Origin: Eledone cirrhosa
Lineage: Eukaryota
Assembly (NCBI GenBank): GCA_964016885.1
Contig: OZ024741.1
Location: forward strand, 279,124,001 to 279,188,000
Direction of reading: 5' to 3'
Length of the DNA: 64,000 nt
Under the pieces are notes generated by a model. It was not told where the DNA came from, made no database searches, and saw nothing but the letters and a program-made list of their open reading frames with translations. Of the stretch, positions 11,627 to 29,072 are shown piece by piece (positions within the stretch are counted from its first letter, which is position 1; each line of letters begins with the position of its first letter). A program made the position numbers and the translations under genes.

Positions 11627-13900
11627 CCAGTCTGTCGGGCGCCAATCGGCGCCGCTGGTCACAGCACGTCGTACTGTTTCAAGGTCAAGGTCAAGGTGAT
11701 ATATAATAATAATAATAATAATATTATTATTTATACTTATATATACACAATATATAATTATAAACAGGAAAGGTCAGTAATTCATTACCACCTTATTACC
11801 AGTAAGAAAAATAGCTCAATGTAAATACATCAGATGTTTTACAGAGCCGGAATATAAATTACAGAACAATCAAAACTATGTTCAAAACATTTTATTGCTG
11901 ACAATCGTTTCTTACAAGATTTCGTTTTGGAATCATCGGAGCACTAGCAAAGTTTAGACATATAATTAACCTCCTATTCCACAGAACAATTGTAAAGATA
12001 CATAGATGTTAGTGTTGTCATTAACAGTGTCATATTCAAAGAGAGAAGATGATGTGGTCAGTATCAGTGGATGCGACAAAGATTATAAAAGAATAATACA
12101 ACAATTATAGAGGAATTAAAGAACAAAGTTACTCGCAAAATGAAGACATTAGCGGTACATATGCAAACGTATAAAAAGATCGCAAAGGTATTAAGCATGT
12201 ACAGAGGTTATTCTGTACATGCATCCACTGATACTGACAACATCATCAAATAAAATACGGATTCCCCCCCACCCAAATAAAAAACGGACTCCAAATAAAA
12301 AACTATCCCCCCAAATAAAAAACGGACTCCAATTAAAAAACGGATCCCCCACAAATAAACAACGGATCCCCAAATAAAAACGGACCCCAAATAAAAAACG
12401 GATAGCCCCCAAATATAAAACGGCCTCCAAATAAAAAACAGACCCCAAATATAAAACGGACACCCAAATAAAAAACGGACTCCCAAATAAAAAAACGGAA
12501 CCCAAATAAAAAAACGAATCCCCCCATATAAAAAATGGACTCCAAATAAAAAACGGATCCACCCCAAATAAAAAACGGACCCCAAATAGAAAACAGACTC
12601 CAAATAAAAAATGGTCGCCCAAATAAAAAACGGATCCCCCCCCCCCAAATAAAAAACGGAACCCCAAATAAAAAACGGATCCCCCAAATAAAGGACGGAC
12701 CCCAAATGAAAAATGGAACCACCAAATAAAAAACGGACTCCAAATAAAAAACGGATCCTCCATATCAAAAATGGACTCCAAATAAAAACAGATGACGCCC
12801 CCCATATAAAAAAATCGATCCTCCATATAAAAATGGACCCCCAAATAAAAAACGGATGCCATCAAAATAAAAAACGGATCCCCCCCCCCCCATATAAAAA
12901 CGGACCCCCAAATAAAAAACGGATGCCCCCAAAATAAAAAACGGATCCCCCCACCAAATAAAAAAAGGATCGCCCCCAAATAAAAAACGGATCACACGCC
13001 CCCATATAAAAAACGGCCTCCAAATAAAAAACAGATCCCCCCCCCCCCTTATAAAAAACGGATCGCCCCCAAATAAAAAAACGGATCACACGCCCCCATA
13101 TAAAAAACGGCCACCAAATAAAAAACAGATCCCCCATATAAAAAAACGGATCGCCCCATATAAAAAACGGACCACAAATAAGAAACGGATCCCCCAAAAA
13201 TAAAAAACGGACTCCAAATAAAAAACGGATCCCCGCCAAATAAAAAATGGATCCCCCCGCCTCCAAATAAAAAACGGACTCCAAATAAAAAACGGACCCC
13301 CAAATAAAAACGGATCCCTCCCCCATATAAAAAACGGACTCCAAATAAAAAACGGATCCCTCCCCCATATATAAAACGGACCCCAAATAAAAAACGGATC
13401 CGCCCCCCCCCCCATATAAAAAAGGGACCGCCAAATAAAAAACGCCCCCCCCCCCCCCCAATGAAAAACGGACCCCTAAATAAAAAACGGATCCCCAAAT
13501 AAAAAACGGATCCCCCAAATAAAAAACGGATCCCCAAAATAAAAAATGGTCCGTTTTTTATTTGTAGGGGAACCGTTTTTTATTTGGGGTCTGTTTTTAT
13601 TCGGAGGGAGGGGGTATTTGGGGGCGATCCGTTTTTTTATTTGGAGGGATCCGTTTTTTATTTAGGGGGATCCATATTTTATTTGGGGTCCGTTTTTTAT
13701 TTGGGGGTCTGTTTTCTATTTTGGAGGCATCCGTTTTTTATTTTCTAAAGTTATTAGTTATTATTTATAGTGTTCGCCAGTTGTTAGTTATTTTCCTCGT
13801 TTGACTTCCCACTTGTCAAATTTAAAATCATCAATGCATCACCACAACCCATATGGGAAACCTATATTTTCTATGAATTTCAAAACAATATTTCGATGGT
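11627..13900 (-). mobile_element. Putative non-autonomous Helitron/Helentron-like element carrying a minisatellite
   Basis: Minus strand: GGCGCC-GATT-GGCGCC hairpin, then CTGG|T end at 11627; TCAAGG repeats at 11679-11699; right boundary uncertain. Confidence 0.4.
12247..13744. repeat. ~20-24 bp minisatellite (CCCCAAATAAAAAACGGAT) that switches strand at ~13548
   Basis: Direct reading; after 13548 units read CCGTTTTTTATTTGGGG. Confidence 0.9.
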
Positions 13901-13930
13901 TTGCATACAATATATGTATACACACGCAAA

Positions 13931-14011
<81 letters not shown>

Positions 14012-14012
14012 A

Positions 14013-14070
<58 letters not shown>

Positions 14071-14420
14071 ATATGGGCTGATTAGCCTCATTTGCATACG
14101 GAGCTGTAGGTTTTCAGTCCAATATAGCTGCATACATACATGTACGTACAGTTTTTGTATATCGAATAATATACGATATGTTTACGGATAAATATTTGAA
14201 AGCCTTCAGCTATGAATTCTAAAGGAGATGTCTGGCGCAATCTACTTATTTCCAGCAGAAGCAAGGGGCAAGCCACCGACAGATGTTTCTGGCCGGGTGT
14301 CCGTTGTCAAGGTAACGCACCCCTTGCTTCGCTTCCTACCGGAACTCAAATAAGCCGCAAATATATAGTTTTATGTATATGGACTCATTAGCCTCGTCTG
14401 TGTACGGGGCTGTAGGCGAG
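14071..14420 (-). mobile_element. Retrozyme-like unit, family F3 (~306-bp period)
   Basis: ATATGGGCTGATTAGCCTC (14071) recurs as ATATGGACTCATTAGCCTC (14377); HHR inside; no ORF. Confidence 0.6.
14258..14330 (-). ncRNA. Type I hammerhead ribozyme, U3-A8 core variant with extended stem I
   Basis: GAAGCAAGGGG-tgc-GTTACC-TTGACAA-cGG..CCa-GAAA-CATCTG-TC-GGTGGC-ttg-CCCCTTGCTTC. Confidence 0.75.
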
Positions 14421-14764
14421 CTCGGCCTGAACAAGCAATATGTTGATTAAAGTCAGATATAAATAATAGGTCAGAAAGGCTCGAAGCGGAATGGTACTAT
14501 AGCAACCCCGCGCCTGCGTATACATTATCCCAACACATAGCACCAGTTACAGAAGAAAGCTTAAGTCGTTCGTTTGTTTTATCTTGGACTGTTTCAGCTC
14601 TACATCTGAAAAGGGGAAATATCATGTGCATAATACATTATTTTACTTTGTTTGGTTTCATTTACCATCATTTGCCCTTCGTATTTTCTACTGCATTGTA
14701 CTGACATTTAAAAAACTTATCGGTCATTTACTGCATATCTCACAATGCTTCGTATTAATTACAT

Positions 14765-15676
<912 letters not shown>

Positions 15677-15843
15677 TATATATATATATATACATACATA
15701 TATGAGAACGTATACATACATATATGAGAACTGTATACATATATGTATGTACGTATACATACATACTTACATTTAAGTAAGTGCCGTACTAAGAGTGAGA
15801 AATGAAATTTCGTTTTCATTTTATTACAACTTATATATATATA

Positions 15844-17715
15844 TATAAACGTTTGAATATGTGTAATAAGGCCAAAACAATGCAGGTATGGACATAGAAA
15901 AAAGAATGCAATAGTAAAAGAATTCGTCTTTCACCTTGAATTTATTTAAATGTCCTTAATTTTCGAGATAATATCTCTTCTTCGGAGGGAAATAAAGGTC
16001 TCAGACCAGCGTCTTAAATCTCTAGCCAAGCCATTCTGACCGGAAATAGTATAGAGTATCTGTTCTAACTCTAATATCAAAGAATTAAAATTAGGTGGAA
16101 AAAGAGTAGTCTCCCTTTAAGAGGGGTTTGTTTAGGGTTTATTTTTTATTTTTTTATTTTTTTTTTTTATATACGTGCCTGTATATGTGTGTGGGAGAAG
16201 GTATGTGGGTGGGTGTGTGTGAGTGTGGGAAGATAGGTCTAATCGTAAAAGTGGGGGGTAGGTGTTATCTGGTGTTAGAACTGGTTTTGTGTGTGTATGT
16301 GTGAGAGAGAATAAGTGGAGGTGTAAGCGTGTGTGTGTGCGCGTGCGTGTGTGTGGGGTGTGTAAATATGGGGCTAGAGGCCCTATCAGGTTATAAATTG
16401 GGTGTTGAGCTCTAGTCTATTATTGATTGGTGGATGTGTTTTATCTATAATAAGTGCTTCCTTAATTCTAAGATTGCCGAGGTTTCTTTCCTTAGTTTCT
16501 ATCCTAACTGTTATGTTTTTATCGGTGTTTTTGTGGTGGATGTCGTGTATCCGTTCAGTTTGAGTACTCAAACTGAACGGATACACGACATCCACCACAA
16601 ACCGTGCCAGAAAGAACAGAGGACACCACACCCGAGGCACTAACACTTGCTTCCTGAAGCTCCCACACTTCAGTGAAGAAACAACAACAGCCATCCGCAG
16701 AGCCATCAGACGAGAGGGACTGGATATCCAACTGGCCCATTCGGGTCCTTCTCTGCGCGGACGGCTGGCCAAGAGACACTCCACCAGACATGACAACTGC
16801 TGCAGACTAGCCAACTGCCCCATCAACGACACAGACCTATGCCACCAGGCTTACGTAGTATACAGACTAGAGTGTGACAAATGCAACAACTTCTACGTAG
16901 GTAGCACCACCAGACCACTCCACATAAGAATAAAAGAACACCTCAATACTAACGCTTCCTCATTTAAGAAACACCTAGTTAAATGCAAAAACACCGATAA
17001 AAACATAACAGTTAGGATAGAAACTAAGGAAAGAAACCTCGGCAATCTTAGAATTAAGGAAGCACTTATAGATAAAACACATCCACCAATCAATAATAGA
17101 CTAGAGCTCAACACCCAATTTATAACCTGATAGGGCCTCTAGCCCCATATTTACACACCCCCACACACACGCACGCGCACACACACACGCTTACACCTCC
17201 ACTTATTCTCTCTCACACATACACACACAAAACCAGTTCTAACACCAGATAACACCTACCCCCCACTTTTACGATTAGACCTATCTTCCCACACTCACAC
17301 ACACACACCCACATACCTTCTCCCACACACATATACAGGCACGTATATAAAATTTAAAAAAAAATAAATAAATAAAAAATAAACCCTAAACAAACCCCTC
17401 TTAAAGGGAGACTACTCTTTTTCCACCTAATTTTAATTCTTTGATATTAGAGTTAGAACAGATACTCTATACTATTTCCGGTCAGAATGGCTTGGCTAGA
17501 GATTTAAGACGCTGGTCTGAGACCTTTATTTCCCTCCGAAGAAGAGATATTATCTCGAAAATTAAGAACTTTTAAATAAATTCAAGGTGAAAGACGAATT
17601 CTTTTACTATTGCATTCTTTTTTCTATGTCCATACCTGCATTGTTTTGGCCTTATTACACATATTCAAACGTTTATACCTCATTACACAATGCTTCAAGT
17701 GAACTATAACCTCCT

Positions 17716-17717
<2 letters not shown>
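15844..17717 (+). mobile_element. 5'-truncated Penelope-like element with inverted 3' copy (arms 15844-16533 / 16986-17677)
   Basis: ~690-bp inverted repeat, GIY-YIG coding region, HHR variant CCGAAGA-AGAGATA-TTATCTC-GAAA at ~17532-17570, flanked by (TA)n. Confidence 0.9.
16567..17130 (+). pseudogene. Penelope RT-thumb end, Cys linker and GIY-YIG endonuclease (no start codon)
   Basis: Manual translation LKLNGY...CCRLANCPI...VVYRLECDKCNNFYVGSTTRPLHIRIKEH...EALIDKTHPPINNRLE*. Confidence 0.9.
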
Positions 17718-17788
<71 letters not shown>

Positions 17789-17928
17789 ATACATACATAT
17801 ATGAGAACGTATACATACATATATGAGAACTGTATACATATATGTATGTACGTATACATACATACTTACATTTAAGTAAGTGCCGTACTAAGAGTGAGAA
17901 ATGAAATTTCGTTTTCATTTTATTACAA

Positions 17929-18012
<84 letters not shown>

Positions 18013-18013
18013 T

Positions 18014-21347
<3,334 letters not shown>

Positions 21348-21799
21348 TGTGTGTGTGTGTGTGTGTGCGTGTATATGCATATGTATGTATATACGTACTA
21401 CATACATTTGTGCATATAATTTCTAATGAAATATGACTCACTGACACTGTTGATAAATTACGAAAGTTTCTGGTGCTACCTGCACGGCTGCGACAATTCC
21501 TATTATCTATTCAAGCTAAGTTAAGTGTCAAGACATATCAACATGGCATAGATTGGATTTATAAGGTAGAAAGAACGTGAAAGGACGCCATGTTCGTTAG
21601 AATGCCGATTATTATTCTGAGAACTATTGGTCGTGTTAATAGCGCTGGAATATTCATAACGTGAAGAGAGTTCATTTGTAATTCGATAATACGCGACCAG
21701 ATAATATCTTTACTACACAATTCTACAAGGTTGGAAGTTTACAAAAATTATAGAAAACGACAGTTTCATTTTTCAAACAAACTCAATAAGCGGTCGTCT

Positions 21800-22580
21800 T
21801 AGATGTGCATGCGTTATCGTGCGTAAATGCGTGAATGCGTTGGTGTGCGCAAGCGTGTGTTTATTTATGTATATGTGTTCGTGCGTGTAGCTATGTGTGT
21901 ATGTGTGTACGGTAAGTAAGTTTGTACGCATGCATGGGCAGGTGTGTTCGTGTATGAGTATGTACGTATCCATGGACAAATGTGTATGTGTATGTACATA
22001 TGCACGGACATATATGTATGTGTTAAATGTATATGTATGTATGCATGGTGGGAGTGTATGTATATGTGTATGCACGTATGCATGCGCAGGTGTTATGTGT
22101 ATGTATATGTACGTATGCATGTGAAGATGTGTATGTGTATGTACGCGTGCGTGCGCAAGCATGTATGTATACGTGTATGCACGTATGTATCGCATGTGTG
22201 TATATGCGTGTATACGTGTGCATGCGCGTGTGTATGTATGTGTATGTACGTATGCATGGACAGATGTGTATGTGTATGTACGTATGCATGCGCAGGTGTG
22301 TGTGTGTGTACATATGCGTCGGCAAGTGTGTATGTGTACGCGTATGTGTATGTACGAATGCGTGGGCAAGTTGTATGTGTATGTTCGTATGCATGGGCAG
22401 GTGTATATATGTGTATACGTATGCACGGATATGTGTTTATGTGTATATATGTATGCATGGGCAGATATGTGTGTGTGTCTGTACGTATGCACGCGCAGAT
22501 ATGTATGTGTTTGTAGGTGTGCATGCGCAGATGTGTATGTGTAAGTGTATGTACGTATGTGTGTGTACGCCGATGTGTTA
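21800..22580. repeat. Degenerate (TGTA/TGCA/CG) simple-repeat tract
   Basis: Direct reading. Confidence 0.85.
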
Positions 22581-22639
22581 GTTTACATGTTCATAGTCTT
22601 TTGAAGCAGTATAAGTCTTAAGACTGGCGAAAATCAGTT

Positions 22640-23895
22640 TTGTTGTAGTTGTTGTTATTGCAGTCGTTGATGTTGTTGTTGCTGCTGTTGTTGTTACTGT
22701 TGTAGTTGTTGTTGCTGTTGTTGCTAGTCGCCGTTGTTGTTGTTGTTACCGCTGTTGTTGCTGTTGTTGTTGCTGTTGTTGTTGTTGCTGTTGTTGTTGT
22801 TGTTGCTACTGTTGTTGTTACCGCTGTTGTTGCTGCTGTTGTTGTTACTGTTGTTGTTATTGTTGCTGTTGTTATTGTTGTTGCTGTTGCTGTTGTTGTT
22901 GGTGTTGGTGTTGTTGTTGTTGGTGTTGTTGTTGTTGTTGCTGTTGCTGTTGTTGTTGGTGTTGGTGTTGTTGCTGCTGTTGTTGTTGTTGTTGTTGCCG
23001 TTGTTGTTGGTGTTGTTGTTGTTGTTGCTGTTGTTGGTGTTGTTGCTGTTGTTGTTGTTGTTGCTGTTGTTGTTGCTGTTGTTGTTGCTGTTGTTACTGT
23101 TGGTGTTGGTGTTGTTGTTGGTGTTGCTGTTGCTGTTGTTGTTGTTGGTGTTGCTATTGTTGTTGTTGGTGTTGCTATTGTTGTTGTTGGTGTTGCTGTT
23201 GTTGTTGTTGCTGCTGCTGTTGTTGCTGCTGTTGTTGTTGGTGTTGCTGTTGTTGTTGTTGCTGCTGCTATTGTTGCTGCTGTTGTTGTTACCGTTGTTG
23301 TTGTTGTTGGTGGTGGTGTTGCTATTGTTGTTGGTGTTGTTGTTACTGTTGCTGTTGCTATTTTTGTTGGTGTTGGTGTTGTTGCTGTTGTTGTTGTTGT
23401 TGTTGCTGTTGTTGTTGCTGTTGTTGTTGTTACCGTTGTTGCTGCTGTTGTTGTTGTTGTTGTTGCTGCTGTTGTTGTTGTTACCGTTGTTGCTGCTGTT
23501 GTTGTTGCTGTTGTTGTTGTTGCTGCTGTTGTTGTTGTTACCGTTGTTGCTGTTGTTGTTGTTACCGTTGTTGCTGTTGTTGTTGTTACCGTTGTTGCTG
23601 CTGTTGTTGTTGCTGTTGTTGTTGTTACTGTTGTTGTTGTTGTTACCGTTGTTGCTGCTGTTGTTGTTGCTGTTGTTGTTGTTGTTGTTACCGTTGTTGC
23701 TGCTGTTGTTGTTGCTGTTGTTGTTGTTGCTGCTGTTGTTGTTGTTACCGTTGTTGCTGTTGTTGTTGTTACCGTTGTTGCTACTGTTGTTACCGTTGTT
23801 GTTAATGTTGTTACTGCTGTTGTTGCTGCTGTTGCTGTTGTTGTTACCGTTGTTGTTACCGTTGTTGTTACCGTTGTTGTTAGTGTTGTTGTTGT
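22640..23895. repeat. 1.25-kb (GTT)n array with GCT/GGT/ACC variants
   Basis: Direct reading; poly-V/N/L ORFs are artefacts. Confidence 0.95.
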
Positions 23896-24079
23896 AGTTC
23901 AACTCCAGGTCAACTCTAATTGAGCAGCAGACATCTGACCCTAACTTTATATCCACATAGGATTACATTACTCTGTGTCGCTTCTTTTGAAAGACAATAG
24001 CGTGTAAATTGAGGCAAGTTTACCGCTGCCCTTCTCGTTGTTGTTATTATTGTTGTTCTTATTGTTGTTGTAGTTGTGA

Positions 24080-24290
24080 GGGCGATGGATTAACAGGATT
24101 GTTATAGCGTCGAACAAAATGTTTTGCGGCATTCAGTTATGGTCCTTTACGTCCTGAGTTCAAATACCGTCGGATTCAATTTTGCTTTTCATCCTTACAG
24201 GGTCGATAAAATAAAGTACCAGTAATGTACTGGGGACGATTTAATCAACTTTCCATTTCCTTCAAATTGCTGACCATAAACCAAAAGTAA
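24080..24290 (+). mobile_element. Diverged family A SINE
   Basis: GAGTTCAAAT B box and GGGTCGATAAAATAAAGTACCAGT body. Confidence 0.8.
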
Positions 24291-26906
24291 AAACAATCCT
24301 TATTGTTGTTGTTGTTGTTGTTTTGGTTGTTGTTATTGTTATTGTTATTGTTTAACTCCATATAATCCATGAAGAGACAAACCTTTTGATGAAAGATTTT
24401 CCAAATGTGACCATCCCAACTTCTACTAGTCATTCTGTATCTCTTCTCAAACTACATTATCCAATGTCCTTTTTTAAAATACTGGGTTGTGGTATGAGGG
24501 TGATTATGCTACTATTTCTAGCAGCTCAAGCAGATAGAGCTCATGACGAATTGGGGTGGAGCTACTGATCCATAGAGACCAGGAAAGTTAGAGCGATCCT
24601 CGACCTGATAAAGATACAGGCCCATCATCAAAAGCCGGCTTAACAAGAAAGACACCTGCTCTTGTTAATCACACATAATCACCATCAATAACAATAGCAA
24701 CAACACTAATAAGAGCAGCAATAACTACAGCAGCTGTAAAAAAAAAGCAACAATGGGAATAGCAGCAACACAGCAATAACAGTAACAGGAAACCCCTTAA
24801 CAACAACACCAAGGCCAGAATGATAGTTTACCAGAAGTTCAACATCCCCTAGCCAAGCATAAGTACAAACGTCCATACAGACACAGACATGCCTCTTCGG
24901 TATACGTGGCTAAAATGAGACTGTGAAGTAGAAATGATGTGGCCTGAGGTCAATTTGAAAGCAAGATCACTTGTTCGATAACCTCAGGTCACTAAACTTA
25001 GAAGTGGTAGCAATCAGTGAGACCACAATTTCAGGAACGCGGTACACTCGCGCTCGTTGATCACGTATATGAGGCGTACATAACTTGTAGTCTATCAAGT
25101 TCAAGGCGTGAGTTGGCAATATTGTATCGGAAAGGCTTTGATCTGTAGGTATGGAAGATCGTCTTGACCACGGATGGTAAGTCGGAGGTGCTGGATATGA
25201 ACGGCAGCGGAGGCAGTGCCTTTAGACTATTAGCTATCTATTTCTTCGACTGGGGCAACACCACCATAGTTCTTCAGCTGTCTAGAAACTATCCTGAGAT
25301 CGTCCGGTCTCTAAAACTAGTTAGGAATTGGAAATGCATTCTTGGCGCACTGTACGATTGTGTGATGGTGACCCATAAGGGAAGAGGTGTAAAAGCTTTG
25401 CAAATTTGCGCAGTCGTTTCTAACTGTGGGTCATTTAGATGCAACCATACTGAGATTTCGTTGGGTCGACGGATAGAGATAGTGTAGGATGGGCATGATT
25501 TTAACTGGTTGGCTGCACAGACAAAAGATTTGAGATCTACACGATGCTCTGACAAGACCTAACTGCTGGGTTTTTACTCGTGTGTGACGGGTTATCCTAA
25601 ATACCTTTTTTTCTAATTATTGTATTTTATATAAAATTATCTATGCATTCTGTGTATATAATTCGCAAGTTTAATTATTCATTGTATAACTTTCATGGAC
25701 ATCGGCACAGAGTTGGCTACCCGTAGATGTGAGCCTCGCGAGTTGGAATGGCTCTTCCAGCGCGTCTCCCTCACAATCATCTGGGGAAACGCCTTCTCTA
25801 TTCTGTCTGCTGGGGTCGCGGGGCGGCCAACACGTGGGCTCCCATTTGCTCACAATAGTGAGAGATGGGGAGAGAGGGAGAGAGGGAGAGACGGAAGCAG
25901 TGACAGTGGGAGTTTGGATCTTTTGTGTTCGGCCCTTGTATATATATGTGTATATGAGAGAGAATGAGTCTAAAAGCTGTTTCCTGTAAATGGGATTATA
26001 CTTTAGTGTCGTATTAATTACAAGTTTAGTGGTGCTTGTAAAATATAATGACAATTGTAGACCGTGTAAATAATTGCTTGAGAATTATTAAATGGATTAT
26101 TATGGGTATTGAACCAAGACCCTTTTCGGTCTTTGTTTCTTCATCAATCTAAACTATAATAAAGTAAGGAGCGCGGGATTGTGTACGGTTTATAATTTGT
26201 TATCCCATTAGTAAAATAAGTTGGATTACTTTGAATAAATAATGAATGAATATTACATAATTTATCTACTAAATGTCGTGGCTGTTGATTAAATATATTT
26301 TGTTTATTTAAAGATTCACTTCTTTAAAATTTCTGAAAAGACAACACTTCCGGTTGGCCATCGCTTAAATAAACATACTAATTTTCTCCTAATGCAGTTT
26401 ATATATAATATCGTCTTTTTTAATATATCATGGATTACGTTACTGATTAAATAAGACAGTCTTCGTTCAATTTCTATGTATTATATATTGTCAATTACGA
26501 TTTTATTTGATGTATCATATCTACATGTATATATACCTGCGTATAATATCAATATACACACTACACATGCTAGCAGAAAACCACCCGAAGGGTGGTTTTT
26601 CTGCTAGTTAAACTTAACGCTGTTGATTTTATAAATTAGATGCGTTTCACATATAACTTTGTTAGAAAAAAATTAGTACTAGTGGGATTTGCACTCTTAT
26701 AAAATTATACAAATACTGTTCCGGTTCGGATTGAAAAAATACAAGTTTCCTAATTCAGTGTTTGTTTAGCCCTCACCAAACAGGCTTATGATCACAGGCG
26801 CTCCGGCCTAAACTATTGTGTTTTATTTTGTCTAGATATATAATATCGTTTCAACAATTAGTCACAATGGGCTCGCACATATAATACAATAAACGTTAAA
26901 GACATA

Positions 26907-27150
26907 GGCGCGTGGCTTAGTGGTTAGAGAATTGTATTCAGAATCGTAAGGATGTGTGAGTTCGATTCCCTGACTAGGCGATGTGTTATTTCATTCAGCA
27001 AGACACTTTATTTCATGTTGCTCTTTCTACCAGGAGTTTCAGCCAGTAGATAGTATCAGCAATAAGAAGAGCAATGGAAACATTGTTTCATTGGTCCAAT
27101 TTAACGAGATCCACCTCACTCAGTAAACAAATGATGCCTGAGATCTTGTC
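26907..27150 (+). mobile_element. Family B tRNA-SINE
   Basis: TGGCTTAGTGG A box, GTTCGATTCC B box, GCAAGACACTTTATTTCA. Confidence 0.8.
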
Positions 27151-27410
27151 AATCATACATGTGAGGCTGGAAGAACATACAATATTTACGAGATATGATA
27201 TTAAAAAACGTGAAAGAATATTTAGGTTACACACCCACACAACGATGAGTGACAAGTCGAGTCAGAACACCTCACATTTCTTGCTCACCACACATTCTTT
27301 TTGGGGATCACTGAAATCCCTCGTAAAAGCAATTCTTCGGTGAATTCATCAATGAAAGAACCTACATCTTCAGGGCAAAAAACACTATTTTAAAAATATA
27401 TTTCTTGTAA

Positions 27411-28800
27411 GGCGGCGAATTGGCAGAACCATTAGAAGGTCGGGTAGAATGCTTTGCGATATTCGATTCGGCTCTCTGCTCTCTCTCTCTGAGTTCAAAT
27501 CTCTCCGAGGTCAACTTTACCTTTCATCCATTCGAGGTCGATAAAAGAAGTGTACAAGTCTAGTACTGGGGTCGATTCTTCCTCTATATATCTCTGTCAC
27601 TCTCTGTCCTTCTCTAGAAGAAATCTGCTGTAGAGGTAATGGGTTCCGCCGGGTTTAAAAAATGCCCTAGAAACGCCATATGTCAATACGGCTCCCCTAT
27701 AACTCCCTCGGGAGTTACGGCACAGAGAAGAGAGAAATACTTCTTGTGTTGTTAAAACTAAAGGTCTGTCTATTGTGGACTCCTGATTGAGAGTCTCCCA
27801 CTGTTGGTCCCCCCAAACATTAGGTGATATTTTCTCTCTTCCAAGTCGAAGAATTGGCAGGGTGTCAGTTTAAAAGTGCCACGTTATTTGTTCTGGTTCA
27901 CTGCGCTCTGAGTTCAAATCTCACAAGGCCTTTTGTCATTTCAGTGTTGATAAATAAAGTGCTAATCCTGGGATCGACTCTTCTTCTCTTTCTCTGAAAG
28001 AAATCGGCAGTGTCCTACCTGGAGAGGGGTGGACAACACCAGGAGTGAAATGTCCAAGATACGCCATCTTGAAATATGACGTGTCTTCGACTACGTCAGG
28101 AGTTAACGACCCTTTACATTTCTGTCTTCCAGCTGGTGTAGTTGCGTTACTAGACCAGAGTTGATGGTTCTGATGACTGTATTAAAGAGTTCCTGAAGAT
28201 TTGGTTGTTTGTAGGGAACTTTCTGACAGGGTTGGTTTTCTCTTTTCATTCTTTCTTTTTGTTCGATTATTTTCTTTTATTCAACTAACGATAAGTCCTC
28301 CTCGGATAACCCTCAGTTTATTATTCTAAGTTTCGAGTACAAATCTCGCCGAGGTTAGCTTGGCCTTTCACGCTTACGGGGTCAATAAAATAAAATACCA
28401 GTCACGCACTGGGGTCGATTTAATCGACTTTCCCCTACTCCAAATTGCTGGCCTTGTGTCTATAGTAGAAATCATTAGTATTGGCTCTTTATGTTCTGAG
28501 TTCAAATTCCGCCGGGATAGGCTTTGCCTTTCATCTTTACCTGGTCGATAAGTACCAGTAACGTACTAGGGTCAATTTAATCGACTTTTCCTACCCCCAA
28601 AATTGTTGCCTAAATCAGAAACCATGGATTGGCAGTATCAGTAGAGTGGGGTGCCATGCTTTGCAGCATACGTCCCCTTTCGGTCTGAGTTCAAATCCTG
28701 CCGAGGTTCACTTTGCCTTTCATCCTTACGGGGTCGATAAAATAAAGTACCAGTAATGCACTGGGATAATTGCCGGCTTTGGGCCAAAAGTAGAAATAAT
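27411..28800 (+). mobile_element. Cluster of diverged family A SINE copies and associated repeat fragments
   Basis: Consensus matches at ~27411-27575, 27850-27975, 28330-28470, 28485-28620, 28626-28800. Confidence 0.75.
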
Positions 28801-28819
28801 TATTATTCATATATATATA

Positions 28820-28898
28820 CAGGGTGTCCCAAAAGATATATACACACTTTGATTAGAATGCTGTTGAAGTTTGTATACATTTTTGGGGGGACACTCTG
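28820..28898. mobile_element. 79-bp Tc1/mariner-type mini-MITE
   Basis: TA|CAGGGTGTCCCAAAA ... TTTTGGGGGGACACTCTG|TA. Confidence 0.75.
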
Positions 28899-28999
28899 TA
28901 TTATTAAAATATTTTGTTTATGGCGTCGTTATTTATTTTATGGAATGGAAAAACAACAGAAATTGGTTTTATTGCAATAAAGCTAATTCTATTTTCCAG

Positions 29000-29072
29000 T
29001 CACGTAGTCCCACGGACGTAAATCAATCAGAAGAAAACACGACCAATCAAATTTTGGTCAGCCAAAGTATTG
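29000..29072 (+). CDS. Candidate host-gene exon (SRSPTDVNQSEENTTNQILVSQSI)
   Basis: Acceptor ttctattttcCAG with ctaat upstream, consensus donor G|GTAAGT, open frame phase 0 to 1. Confidence 0.45.

Noticed and set aside
12191-13537. Multiple F/G/Y/W-rich ORFs; CRISPR-like look of the short repeats
   Set aside because: Minisatellite without unique spacers in eukaryotic DNA; the ORFs are repeat artefacts.
22706-23956. 400-aa poly-V, poly-N and poly-L ORFs
   Set aside because: Translations of a (GTT)n array, open in several frames; no domain content.
25000-25560. Possible L1/Tx1 ORF1 remnant on the minus strand
   Set aside because: Protein-like composition but several stops and no motif I can name with confidence.
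25583-26210. Possible solo LTR (TG...CA, AATAAA)
   Set aside because: No TSD, PBS or second copy identifiable.
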